From Pristiophorus japonicus (taxonomy: Eukaryota), in assembly GCF_044704955.1 (NCBI RefSeq), contig NC_091996.1, positions 40,052,001-40,116,000 of the forward strand: a stretch of DNA of 64,000 nucleotides, read 5' to 3'. A program made the position numbers and the translations under genes. Below the pieces are notes generated by a model that was not told the DNA's origin, ran no database searches, and saw nothing but the letters and a program-made list of their open reading frames with translations. Below, in pieces: positions 1 through 11,964 of the stretch; position 1 is the first letter of the stretch, and every line of letters begins with the position of its first letter.

Positions 1-472
1 GAGTGAGAGAAACAGGGAGAGTGTGAGAGAGAAACAGGGAGAGAGTGAGTGAGAGAAAGAAACAGGAAGAGAGAGTGTGTGTATGAGAGAGAGACAGGGA
101 CTCAGAGTGCGAGAGAGAGTGTGTGTGTGAGAGAGAGTGAGAGAAACGGAGNNNNNNNNNNNNNNNNNNNNNNNNNNNNNNNNNNNNNNNNNNNNNNNNN
201 NNNNNNNNNNNNNNNNNNNNNNNNNNNNNNNNNNNNNNNNNNNNNNNNNNNNNNNNNNNNNNNNNNNNNNNNNNNNNNNNNNNNNNNNNNNNNNNNNNNN
301 NNNNNNNNNNNNNNNNNNNNNNNNNNNNNNNNNNNNNNNNNNNNNNNNNNNNNNNNNNNNNNNNNNNNNNNNNNNNNNNNNGAGTGTGTGTGAGAGTGAG
401 AGAGAGTGAGAGTGAGAGAAAGAAACAGGAAGAGAGAGACTGTGTGTGTGAGAGAGACAGAGAGAGGAAGAG
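1..472. repeat. GA/GT-rich low-complexity repeat with assembly gap (N 152-381)
   Basis: gagagaaacagg/gtgtga units. Confidence 0.95.
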
Positions 473-473
473 A

Positions 474-3400
474 AATATAAGAACATAAGAATTAGGAACA
501 GGAGTAGGCCATCTAGCCCCTCGAGCCTGCTCCGCCATTCAATAAGATCATGGCTGATCTGGTCGTGGACTCAGCTCCACTTACCCACCCTCTCCCCGTA
601 ACCCTTAATTCCCTTATTGGTTAAAAATCTATCTATCTTTGACTTGAAAACATTCAATGAGCTAGTCTCAACTGCTTCCTTGGGCAGAGAATTCCACAGA
701 TTCACAAACCTCTGGGAGAAGAAATTCTTTCTCAACTCGGTTTTAAATTGGCTCCTCCATATTTTGAGGCTGTGCCCCCTAATTCTAGTCTCCCCCACCA
801 ATGGAAACAACCTCTCTGCCTCTATCTTGTCGATCCCTTTCATTATTTTAAATGTTTCTATAAGATCACCCCTCATCCTTCTGAACTCCAAGGAGTAAAG
901 ACCCAGTCTACTCAATCTATCATCATAAGGTAACCCCCTCATTTCTGGAATCAGCTTAGTGAATCGTCTCTGTACCCCTTCCAAAGCTAGTATATCCTTC
1001 CTTAAGTAAGGTGACCAAAACTGCACGCAGTACTCCAGGTGCGGCCTTACCAATACCTTATACAGTTGCAGCAGGACCTCCCTGCTTTTGTACTCCATCC
1101 CTCTCGCAATGAAGGCCAACATTCCATTTGCCTTCCTGATTACCTGCTGCACCTGCAAACTAACCTTTAGTGCCCAAAAAGAAAAAAAAAGAAAAACACA
1201 AAAAAAAACACAAAAAAGGAAAAAAAGGGCCTTGTAAATGTCTGGTGTGTCATCCAGGTCGGGTGGCACGGATTAATGTTTTATGTTTTCAGATAAACTC
1301 CAAAAAGAGTTTCATGCACAAGGACCCCCAGGTCCCTCTGCACCACAGCATGTTGTAATTTCTCCCCATTCAAATAATATTCCCTTTTACTGTTTTTTTC
1401 CCCCAAGGTGGATGACCTCACACTTTCCGACATTGTATTCCATCTGCCAAACCTTAGCCCATTCGCTTAACATATCCAAATCTCCTTGCAGCCTCTCTGT
1501 GTCCTCTACACAACCCGCTTTCCCACTAATCTTAGTATCATCTGCAAATTTTGTTGCACTACACTCTGTCCCCTCTTCTCGGTCATCTATGTATATTGTA
1601 AACAGTTGTGGTCCCAGCACTGATCCCTGTGGCACACCACTAACCACTGATTTCCAACCGGAAAAGGACCCATTTATCCCGACTCTCTGCTTTCTGTTCG
1701 CCAGCCAATTCTCTTTCCATGCTAATAAATTTCCTTTGACTCCGCGTACTTTATCTTCTGCAGTAACCTTTTGTGTGGCACCTTATTGAATGCCTTTTGG
1801 AAATCTAAATACACCACATCTATCGGTACACCTCTATCTACCATGCTCGTTATATCCTCAAAGAATTCCAGTAAGTTAGTTAAACATGATTTCCCCTTCA
1901 TGAATCCATGCTGCATCTGCTTGCCTGCACTATTCCTATCTAGATGTCCCGCTATTTCTTCCTTAATGATAGTTTCAAGCATTTTCCCCACTACAGATGT
2001 TAAACTAACCGGCCTATAGTTACCTGCCTTTTGCCTACCCCCTTTTTTAAACAGAGGCGTTACATTAGCTGCTTTCCAACCGCTGGTACCTCCCCAGAGT
2101 CCAGAGAATTTTGGTAGATTATAACGAATGCATCTGCTATAACTTCCGCCATCTCTTTTAATACCCTGGGATGCATTTCATCAGGACCAGGGGACTTGTC
2201 TACCTTCAGTCCCATTAGCCTGTCCAGCACTACGCCCCTAGTGATAGTCTCAAGGTTCTCCCTTCCCACATTCCTGTGGCCTGCAAATTTTGGCATGGTT
2301 TTTGTGTCTTCCACTGTGAAGACGGAAGCAAAATAATTGTTTAAGGTCTCAGCCATTTCCACATTTCCCATTATTAAATCCCCCTTTTCATCTTCTAAGG
2401 GACCAACATTTACTTTAGTCACTCTTTTCCGTTTTATATATCTGTAAAAGCTTTTACTATCTGTTTTTATGTTTTGCGCAAGTTTACCTTCGTAATCTAT
2501 CTTCCCTTTCTTTATTGCTTTTTTAGTCATTCTTTGCTGTTGCTTAAAATTTTCCCAATCCTCTAGTTTCCCACTAACCTTGGCCACCTTATACACATTG
2601 GTCTTTGATTTGATACTTTCCTTTATTTCCTTGGTTATCCACAGCTGGTTATCCCTTCTCTTGCCGCCCTTCTTTTTCACTGGAATATATTTTTGTTGCG
2701 CACTATGAAAGAGCTCCTTAAAAGTCCTCCACTGTTCCTCAATTGTGCCACCGTTTAGTCCTTGTTTCCAGTCTACTTTAGCCCTCATCCCACTGTAGTC
2801 CCCTTTGTTTAAGCATAGTACGCTCGTTTCTGACACAACTTCCTCATCCTCAATCTGTATTACAAATTCAACCATATTGTGATCACTCATTCCGAGAGGA
2901 TCTTTTACGAGATCGTTTATTTTTCCTGTCTCATTACACAGGACCAGATCTAAGATGGCTTGCTCCCTTGTAGGTTCTGTTACATACTGTTCTAAGAAAC
3001 AATCCCGTATGCATTCTATGAATTCCTCCTCCAGGCTACCCCGTGCGATTTGATTTGACCAATCGATATGTAGGTTAAAATCCCCCATGACTACTGCCGT
3101 TCCTTTTTCACATGCCTCCATTATTCCCTTGATTATTGCCCGCCCCACCATGAAGTTATTATTTGGGGGCCTATAAACTACGCCGACCAGTGACTTTTTC
3201 CCCTTACTATCTCTAATCTCCACCCACAATGATTCAACATTTTGTTCATTGGAGCCAATATCATCCCTCACAACTGCCCTGATATCATCTTTTATTAACA
3301 GTGCTACCCCACCTCCTTTCCCTTCTTGCCTATCTTTCTGAATCGTCAGATACCCCTGTATGTTTAATTCCCAGTCTTGGCCACCTTGCAACCATGTTTC

Positions 3401-3700
3401 TGTAATGGCCACCAAATCATACCCATTTGTAATGATTTGTGCCGTCAACTCATTTATTTTATTTCGAATGCTGCGTGCATTTAGGTAGAGTGTTTTCATC
3501 CTAGTTTTTAAACCATGATTTTTAGTTTTGACCCCTCCCGCAGCCCTTTTATATTCAGTGGCCCTTTTTGTTTCTTGCCTTTGGTTTCTCTGCCCTCCAC
3601 TTTTACTCATCTCTTTTCTGTCTTTTGTTTTTGTCTCCTTTTTGTTTCCCTCTGTCTCCCTGTATTGGTTCCCATCCCCCTGCCATATTAGTTTAACTCC
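474..3700 (-). mobile_element. CR1-clade LINE, near-complete ORF2 (APE endonuclease + RT), 5'-truncated and disrupted
   Basis: ORF 2060..3610 has EN motifs (YLNARSI, AITETWL, GVVYRPP, MGDFN, SDHN). ORFs 1387..1991 have RT motifs (LDFQKAF, GVPQGSVLGP, KFADD). ORF 571..1269 is the C-terminus (LEYCVQFWSP, NLWNSLP). The 3' tail is (TTCTTATG)n. Confidence 0.95.
1168..1308 (+). mobile_element. Short A-rich insertion within the CR1, probably the 3' end of a Tx1-like LINE
   Basis: Interrupts CR1 ORF2. It shares the A-run architecture and the terminal ...CCAAAAAGAG(T) with the insertion at 5783-6087. Confidence 0.55.
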
Positions 3701-3707
3701 TCACCAA

Positions 3708-3729
3708 CAGCAAACAGGGAGAGTGAGAG

Positions 3730-3776
<47 letters not shown>

Positions 3777-4526
3777 AAAACAGAGAGAGAGTATTTGAAA
3801 GAGAAACAGGGAGAGAGAGTGTGTGTGTGAGAGAGAGTGAGAGAGACAGAGAGTGAGAGAAAGAGAGAAAAAGAGTGAGAGAGAGTGTTTGAGAAACAGG
3901 AAGAGGNNNNNNNNNNNNNNNNNNNNNNNNNNNNNNNNNNNNNNNNNNNNNNNNNNNNNNNNNNNNNNNNNNNNNNNNNNNNNNNNNNNNNNNNNNNNNN
4001 NNNNNNNNNNNNNNNNNNNNNNNNNNNNNNNNNNNNNNNNNNNNNNNNNNNNNNNNNNNNNNNNNNNNNNNNNNNNNNNNNNNNNNNNNNNNNNNNNNNN
4101 NAGGGAGTGTTTGAGACAGTGAGAGAAACANNNNNNNNNNNNNNNNNNNNNNNNNNNNNNNNNNNNNNNNNNNNNNNNNNNNNNNNNNNNNNNNNNNNNN
4201 NNNNNNNNNNNNNNNNNNNNNNNNNNNNNNNNNNNNNNNNNNNNNNNNNNNNNNNNNNNNNNNNNNNNNAGTGTGTGAGAGAGTGGGAGAGACAGAGAAA
4301 CAGGGAGCGTGTGAGAGTGTCTGTGTGTGTGAGAAACAGGGAGAGTGTGAGAGAGAGTGTGTGAGTGAGTGAGTGAGTGAGTGAGTGAGTGAGTGAGTGA
4401 GTGAGTGAGTGAGTGAGTGAGACAGGGAGAGTGGGAGTGAGAGAAAGAAACAGGGAGAGACTGTGTGTGTGAGAGAGACAGAGAGAGTGAGAGACAGAGA
4501 GTGAGAGAAACAGGGAGAGTGAGAGA

Positions 4527-4558
<32 letters not shown>

Positions 4559-4635
4559 CAGATAGTGAGAGAAACAGGGAGCGAGTAAGAGAAAGAAACA
4601 GGGAGCGAGTGAGAGAAAGAAACAGGAAGAGAGAG

Positions 4636-4667
<32 letters not shown>

Positions 4668-5640
4668 AGACAGGGAGAGAGTGAGAGAAAGAAACAGGAA
4701 GAGAGAGACAGTGTGTGTGTGAGTGAGCGAGAGAGAGAGTGAGAGAGACAGAGAGAGTGTGTTNNNNNNNNNNNNNNNNNNNNNNNNNNNNNNNNNNNNN
4801 NNNNNNNNNNNNNNNNNNNNNNNNNNNNNNNNNNNNNNNNNNNNNNNNNNNNNNNNNNNNNNNNNNNNNNNNNNNNNNNNNNNNNNNNNNNNNNNNNNNA
4901 CAGGAAGAGGGTGTGTGTGAGAGAGAAACAGAGTGAGAGAGAGAAACAGGGAGAGTGTGTGAGAGTGAGAGAGACAGAGTGAGGGAGAGAAACAGGGAGT
5001 GTTTGAGACAGTGAGAGAAACAGGGAGTGTGTGTGTGTGAGAGACAGTGTGTGTGAGAGAAACCAGGAGACAGAGTGTGTGTGAGAGTGTGTGCGTGAGA
5101 GTGAGAAACTGGGAGAGACAGTGTGTGTGTGCGTGTGTGTGAGAGAGAGAGAGAGAGACAAAGAGTGTGTCAGTGTGAGAAAGTTTGTGTGAGAGAGTGT
5201 ATGAGAGACAGTGTGTGAGTGAGTGAGTGTGTGAGAGACAGAGTGAGTGTGAGAGACAGAGTGTGTGAGAGACAGAGTGTGTGAGAGACAGAGTGTGTGA
5301 GAGACAGAGTGTGTGAGAGACAGAGTGTGTGAGACAGAGTGTGAGTGAGAGAAACTGGGAGACAGAGTGTGTGAGAGAGAGAGTGAGAGAAACAAGGAGG
5401 GTGTGAGAAAGTGAGAGAGAGACAGTGTGTTTGAGACAGATTCAGAGAGTGAGAGAAACAGAGAGTGTGTGAGAAACAGAATGCGTGTGTGAGAGAGAGA
5501 CAGAGAGAGTGAAACAGGGAGAGAGACAGAGTTTAAGAGACAGAGTGAGTTTGAGAGAGACAGAGTGAGAGAAACAGGGAGAGTGCGAGAGAGTGAGTGT
5601 GTGTGTGTGTGTGTGAGAGAGACAGAGAGAGTGTGAGACA
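3708..5640. repeat. GA/GT-rich microsatellite-derived low-complexity array with three N gaps
   Basis: (GA)n, (GT)n, (GAGT)n and gagaaacagg units. Confidence 0.95.
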
Positions 5641-6440
5641 GCCCAAGTCTGGATGTCATCCAGGTCTTGCTGCATGCTGGCATGGACTGCTCCATTATCT
5701 GAGGAGTTGTGAATGGAACTGAATACTGTGTAATCATCAGCGAACATCCCCACTTCTGACCTTATGATGTAGGGACAGTCATCGCGGTGTCCATCGATAC
5801 GCTCGCGGCCTTCCGCGAGAGGTGGGCGCCGGAGGGACTGGAGTGCATCGTCACCCCCGGCAACCAAATTTTAAATTGATTTTATATGTTTCAAAGTTTA
5901 ACTTGTTTTAATTGCTGGTTTTAGTGTCCCCTTCCCCTTTTATAGAGGGCACTTGTAAAATGTGATTTTAAAGCCCCCCCCCCAAAAAAATACAAAAAAC
6001 CCCACAAAAAATATAGAAAAAGGGGCAGTTGAAAAGTGTTTGGGGACACTTGATTTAACTGTAATTTCGTTTTCAGCCAAAAAGAGTTGTAGGGAAGGTC
6101 ATTGAAGCAGCTGAAGATGGTTGGGCCTAGGACACTGCCCTGAGGAAATCCTGCAGCGATGGCCTGGGGCTGGAATGATTGACCTCCAACAACCACCTTC
6201 CTTTGTGCTAGGTGTGCCTCCAGCCAGTGGAGTCCCCCACACCCCACAAACCCCACCCCCGCTGCCCACTCCCATTGAGTTGTTTTACTAGGGCTCCTTG
6301 ATGCCACACTTAGTCAAATGCAGTCTTGATATCATAGGCAGTCACACTCGCCTCACCTCTGGAATTCCTTATTTTTCCATGTTTGCATCGAGGCTGCAAT
6401 GGAATCTGGAGCCGAGTGGTCCTGCGCAACCCAGACCGAG
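5640..6440 (-). mobile_element. Degenerate CR1-group LINE RT fragment (second family)
   Basis: Translations GFPQGSVLGPTIFSCFNDLP and MFADDYTVFSSIHNSSD...QQDLDDIQTWA. Confidence 0.85.
5783..6087 (+). mobile_element. 5'-truncated Tx1-like (L1 group) LINE 3' end with ~15-bp TSD
   Basis: Encodes AVSIDTLAAFRERWAPEGLECIVTPGNQILN*, then an AT/A-rich 3' UTR. Flanked by tgtagggacagtcat (5768-5782) and tgtagggaaggtcat (6088-6102). The family assignment is from recall. Confidence 0.65.
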
Positions 6441-6607
6441 CTGAGGGGGAGGGGCGCGGAGAAGAGAGAATCAACTCTGGCTCCTGAGCACAATCTAGTC
6501 ACTCCTCACTGAAGATATGATCGAACTTACCTCGAATACCAACATGGCCAATTATCCTGATGACATGCACTGTGCAGGCTTACACTTGAATAATGGTGAG
6601 GTATCAG

Positions 6608-6750
6608 AGGATAGTCAGTGTGTGTGGGACCCGTACCCCAGTGAGAGTCAGTGTGTGTGGGACCTGTACCCCAGTGAGAGTCAGTGTGTGTGGGACCCAT
6701 ACCCCAGTGAGAGTCAGTGTGTGTGGGACGCATACCCCAGTGAATCAGTG
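6608..6750. repeat. 33-bp minisatellite (cccagtgagagtcagtgtgtgtgggacccgtac), ~4 copies
   Basis: Same unit as the arrays at 19005 and 25160. Confidence 0.9.
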
Positions 6751-7487
6751 TGTTAGTGACAGACCTGTACCCACCAGTACTGCACCCCAGTGTTAGTGAC
6801 AGACCTGTATCCACCAGTACTGTATCCCAGTGTTATACAGGGACAGACCTGTACCCACCAGTACTGTACCCCAGTGTTATACAGGGACAGACTTGTACCC
6901 ACCAGTACTGTACCCCAGTGTTAATGACAGACCTGTACCCACCAGTACTGTACCCACCAGTACTGCACCCCAGTGTTAGCGACAGACCTGTACCCACCAG
7001 TACTGTATCCCAGTGTTATAGTGACAGACTTGTACCCACCAGTACTGTACCCCAGTGTTATACAGGGACAGACCTGTACCCACCAGTACTGTGCCCCAGT
7101 GTTATATAGGGACAGACCTGTACCCACCAGTATTTTACCCCAGTGTTATACAATGACAGACCTGTATCCACCAGTACTGTATCGCAGTGTTATACAATGA
7201 CAGACCTGTACCCACCAGTACTGTACCCGTGTTATAGTGACAGACCTGTATCCACCAGTACTATACCCCAGTGTTATAGTGACAGACCTGTACCCACCAG
7301 TACTGTACACCAGTGTTATACCGTGACAGACCTGTACCCACCAGTACTGTACCCCAGTGTTATATAGTGACAGACCTGTACCCACCAGTACTGTACCCCA
7401 GTGTTATACAATGACAGACCTGTATCCACCAGTACTGTATCGCAGTGTTATACAGTGACAGACCTGTACCCCACCTGTACTGTACCC
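6750..7487. repeat. 39-44-bp minisatellite (tgttatacagggacagacctgtacccaccagtactgtaccccag)
   Basis: Directly visible tandem array. Confidence 0.95.
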
Positions 7488-8153
7488 TGTGAGAGCGCAA
7501 GCCTGCATTTCTGAAACTCTTTGCTTCGGTGCAGTCTGGAGAAATCAAAAGGGTTAAAAGTTGGAAAATTGAAGTTTGGATTAAAAATAGATGTTTGGAT
7601 CGAAAGAGGCTGCTGGACGATATGGTGCCTTTTAGCCATTGAAATGTTGAGTATTTGAGTGTAACTTGTTACTATGCGAATAATAATCTATGCATGGAAT
7701 CAAAGAAACCCATCTGCTGATCATCTGTGTTGTGTATCGTAATTCATGACATTGTCTGGATTTGCGTGAACCTTGTTGCTATCTGATGACATCATCTGTA
7801 TGTTAAACGATCTGGTTTGTGTATAGTAGTTCAGAAAGCAGTTAGCTGTGATTTCAGGACAATTCTACATTGTCTGCATGTTAATTATCTAAATGGACTA
7901 TGCAAAGAAATAAGAATTCGAAGTTTGACACGGACTGTTCACACATTGGAATCTCGGAAGGTATGTCACAAGCAGCCACGGAACTCGGAACAAGCAGAGA
8001 GCTGCCTTTGTGCAGTATCTCAGTAACTTTCATACTTGGTTTGTATAGTATGAATGTCTGAATAAAAGACCAGATCCTGCATTTACTACAACTGAGTGTG
8101 TGTGTAATTCGACGTTTAAAGCAACAAAGCGAAAAGAGCAAGACAGCCTTACA
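7488..8153 (+). mobile_element. Possible solo LTR
   Basis: Starts TGTGAGAGC and ends GCCTTACA; AT-rich with AATAAA at 8061. No clear TSD. Confidence 0.35.
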
Positions 8154-8482
8154 AGTTACCCCAGTTCAAAATGCTCTGTGCGAACACTGTGGGTTTTGAT
8201 GATAATTTGAGACGTTATTGGAGTTTGGTTCAATTCTGTAATGTCCTGTGTATTTAACAGAAATCGATCTCGGCCCGAAATCGGTTTCCAGTGCCTCCCC
8301 CCCTTCCACCAACAAGAAATAGAGACACGGGGTTTTGATTCTGTTCAAACCTCTTGTATTAATGTGGAATTGAAGGGTAAATTACACCAAAACCTCTGAC
8401 AGCTGAAAGATCTGACTCCAGGGGAGGTCATCACAACGATTACACTGCTCACAGGCAATGGGATGTCTTTCCTCACTGTCTA

Positions 8483-8488
8483 TTTATT
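8483..8488 (-). terminator. Candidate polyadenylation signal (AATAAA) for WDR5
   Basis: tttatt on the plus strand, about 1.9 kb after the stop codon, across largely TE-free sequence (8490-10414) that looks like a 3' UTR. Confidence 0.4.
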
Positions 8489-10042
8489 ACACAGTACTGT
8501 CAGCAACTCAAACTAACTGAAATACTAAAAGATACTGGCTCCAGTCACGAGGCGCTGCGCTGTACAAAACATGTTGAGGGAAAGAGGTCAGCGCTGGACA
8601 TCAAAGGAAAAGTGGCGGGGAAAATTTACTCCCGATATCTCCCTGCGTACCAATTTCCTCAACATGCAGCAGTCGGGAAGTGGCAATAAGCTCGCCAAAT
8701 GGCTTGGCCAGTGTGCTCACCAAGCTGGCCGGACCAGCAAGAACCCGGTCCCACCCAGAGCCCTGTGTCGTCCGCTGATTGCAAACCGGCCTCTCAGTGG
8801 AACCCGCGCCCCGCTGTCCGCCAGTTAAAGCTTCAGGGACACGGAGACCGATCATAGCACCGTCTCACCTACCATCAGACAACAGGTGACCCTGTTGTGT
8901 TACTCAGTGTCACACCGAGATCTGTACCGACCCACCCATGGACATGCAATGCTCAGATTAGCCCATCGCTGAATTAAAAATGCAAATACCTCTCCATTCT
9001 GGTGCGTCCGGGAGCGGGGCTGTGCCGACTCAAGGCTGTGCTGTGGCGATCCAATCCCAATCATTCCCGTACACTTCGAGACCGGGGCTCAGAGCAGCAT
9101 GTCCTGCACCACAGGTCTGACCCCTGGTGACACCGGTCACTGTAACAGCAGCCCCCGTCAAACCAATCACATGGGAGGTGGAGCGATAGAGCCACGAGGT
9201 CGTGGCCACGGTTACAAGGGTTACTCATCACCTGGGACATGGCCGAGAGACCTGGTGATATCGGGGGGGTTCCATTGGCAGCTCCAGGGGACCATCGATG
9301 ATTAGGCCCATTCGTCAGCACAGCGTCCCCCCCCCCGTCCCCCAGGAGCACATGCTGTGCAGCACGCCAGCTGACCGTCTATCGATACCATATAAATAGG
9401 GTGGGGGTTGATGCCGTATAAAGTTGCAGCGATGAGACCAACACGCCCTCCGGGCAGGAGCTGAGTTTTGCTTGAGAGCCATTGATGGATTGAGTAGGGA
9501 CCCTGGATAGTGACCAGTCTGTAGCACCGACTCCCAAAACATCTCCCCCAAAGGTCCAGGCTGGCAGGGAGCGCTGCCGATAATGCTGCGACGGCTGAAT
9601 ACTATTGGGAGAGATCTGTACACAAGCAGCAGTGAGGGCCCGATTACCAGACTGAATCTTCCCCCCATAGCACACTCGATCGGAGCCTGGGCGGCCATGG
9701 CAGGACTGTCTAAGGTCCCAGGGGTCTGGCAGTGACCGACCAGTCAGTCTAGCTGGTCAGTAACCTGGAGCCATGGCCGGAGCAGCAATGGAGGAAGGGG
9801 CGGGGGGGGGGGGAGGGAAGGTAGAGATCTGGAGACAAAGACACACAAAAAAAAAGGAATTTAAAAAGACAAAAGATGGTTAACTGGCTAATTTAAACTC
9901 GCAGTCAACCATCAACACCAAGTTTACAAAAACACTCCACTACCAACAACTAACCCTGCTTTTAAAAAAATGAGAGCTTTCACAAGAATCGAGATGGGGA
10001 AAAACCACAAGTGATTTGGTCACTTAAAAAAACTTTAGTCAG

Positions 10043-10212
10043 ATGTGTGCGCGCACAAGCGTGCGTGTTCGAGCGTGTGTGCATCAGTCTGTGTGTGCAT
10101 CAGTCTATGTGTGTGTGTGTGTGTGTGCATGTCAGTGTGTGTGTATACGCGCGCGAGCGTGTGTGTGCGTCAGTCTGTGTGTGTGTGCGCGCATGTGTGT
10201 GTGTGTGTGTGT
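10043..10212. repeat. Imperfect (GT)n/(GC)n alternating purine-pyrimidine tract in the WDR5 3' UTR
   Basis: Directly visible gtgtgt/gcgcgc runs. Confidence 0.9.
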
Positions 10213-10414
10213 TTTAAGCATACAATAATTTGCTAAGTGTTATGAATCCGCAGTAAAAACGGGATTTGTTCCGATGCTCCCACTGGGTCTGTAATGCGGT
10301 GTCACCGGTTTGGGCAGGGTCCGCACAGTCTCAGACGTCAGGAGTTGGAGGGGCCTGTTCCCATGACGGGGTGGCTGGGACAGGGCACAGTTCTCAAAGT
10401 GGAGACGCTGCTCT

Positions 10415-10630
<216 letters not shown>

Positions 10631-11341
10631 TTAAACTGCCGCTCTCGCTCACAGCGCACCTGTTATGGTTAGGGGCTGCAGTTTGACATTATCATCAGCT
10701 GCTTCACCATAGAGCAGATAACACTGTCCAGAACATGGGCATAACCGTAGAATTCGAGTTAGGACGTTCAGGGATGACACCAGGAAGCGCCTCTTTACAC
10801 GAGAGGCCGAATGGCCTCCTCCTGTTCCCAATAATTCCAGGAGTGGATTGCCCAGCCCAAAGAAAAACTGTAAAAAGCTCTGTCTAAAATTCTACACAGT
10901 GCAACTGAGAGCAGTAATGCAGCACAGCCTGCGAAGGATCCCATGAATGGGAGACACAATGTACCAGATCCAGAAACCCCCACAGCACCAGTAATGTAGC
11001 AAGAGAACGACATGATGTCCCAAAGCACTTTGCATTGAATAAAGTGCTTCTGATGTGTAAAAAGTTATTCTGGAGGGAAGTTCAGCACCTGGCTTTCAAC
11101 CAAGCCCCAAACTGTGAAGCACTCTCCCAAAATCCCACTTCCCCATTCAATCCTCTGCACTTTCTAAACCTCCACCACAACATCCTCTTTAACCTTTCCC
11201 TTCCCCGCCCCTTACTTTCAGTCACCTCCCCAACATCTGATTTTATCCCTTCCCTACACCGCGACAGGATGTGATGAGTGATGCCCCCCCCCCCCCCAGA
11301 GATCTGCACCAGGTGGTGGGGGTGCTCAGATTTTCACAAAA

Positions 11342-11957
11342 AGACTTGCTTTTCATGACCACCGGACTTACAGCCAATGAAGTACTTTATGAAGTGTAGT
11401 CACTGTTGTAATGTGGGAAACACGGCAGCCAATTTCTGCACCACAAGCTCCCACAAACAGCACTATGATAATGACCAGATCATTTGTTTTAGTTGAGGGA
11501 TAAATATTGGCCAGGACACCGGGGATAACTCCCCTGCTCTTTGAAATAGTGCCACGGGATCTTTTACATCCACCTGGGAGAGCAGATGGGGCCTCGGTTT
11601 AACATCTCATCCGAAAGACGGCACTTCCGACAGCGCGGCGCTCCCTCAGTACTGCCCCTCCGACAGTGCGGCGCTCCCTCAGTACTGCCCCTCCGATAGT
11701 GCGGCGCTCCCTCAGTACTGCCCCTCCGACAGTGTGGCGCTCCCTCAGTACTGCCCCTCCGACAGTGTGGCGCTCCCTCAGTACTGCCCCTCCGACAGTG
11801 CGGCGCTCCCTCAGTACTGCCCCTCCGACAGTGCGGCGCTCCCTCAGTACTGCACTGGGAGCATCAGCCTAGATTTTTGTGCTCAAGTCTCAAGTGGGAC
11901 TCAAACCCACGATCTTCTGACTCAGAGGTGAGGGTGCTACCCACTGAGCCACGGCTA
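11342..11957 (-). mobile_element. tRNA-derived Deu-type SINE with internal 33-bp tandem expansion
   Basis: Minus-strand head TGGCTCAGTGG (A box) and GGTTTGAGTCC (B box), a conserved core, and repeats of cagtactgcccctccgacagtgcggcgctccct. Confidence 0.85.
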
Positions 11958-11964
11958 TACTTAG

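Noticed and set aside
2060-3610. 516-aa endonuclease-containing ORF as an active or domesticated gene
   Set aside because: It is part of a CR1 ORF2 that is frameshifted before the RT, interrupted by an insertion, and lacks most of ORF1 and the promoter.
3701-5737. 678-aa Ser/Leu/His/Thr ORF
   Set aside because: It translates (GA)/(GT) microsatellite and runs through N gaps.
6440-10400. U6atac snRNA gene, which by recall lies just downstream of human WDR5
   Set aside because: The characteristic 5' sequence GTGTTGTATGAAAGGAGAG was not seen on either strand by eye. An Infernal/Rfam search would be decisive.
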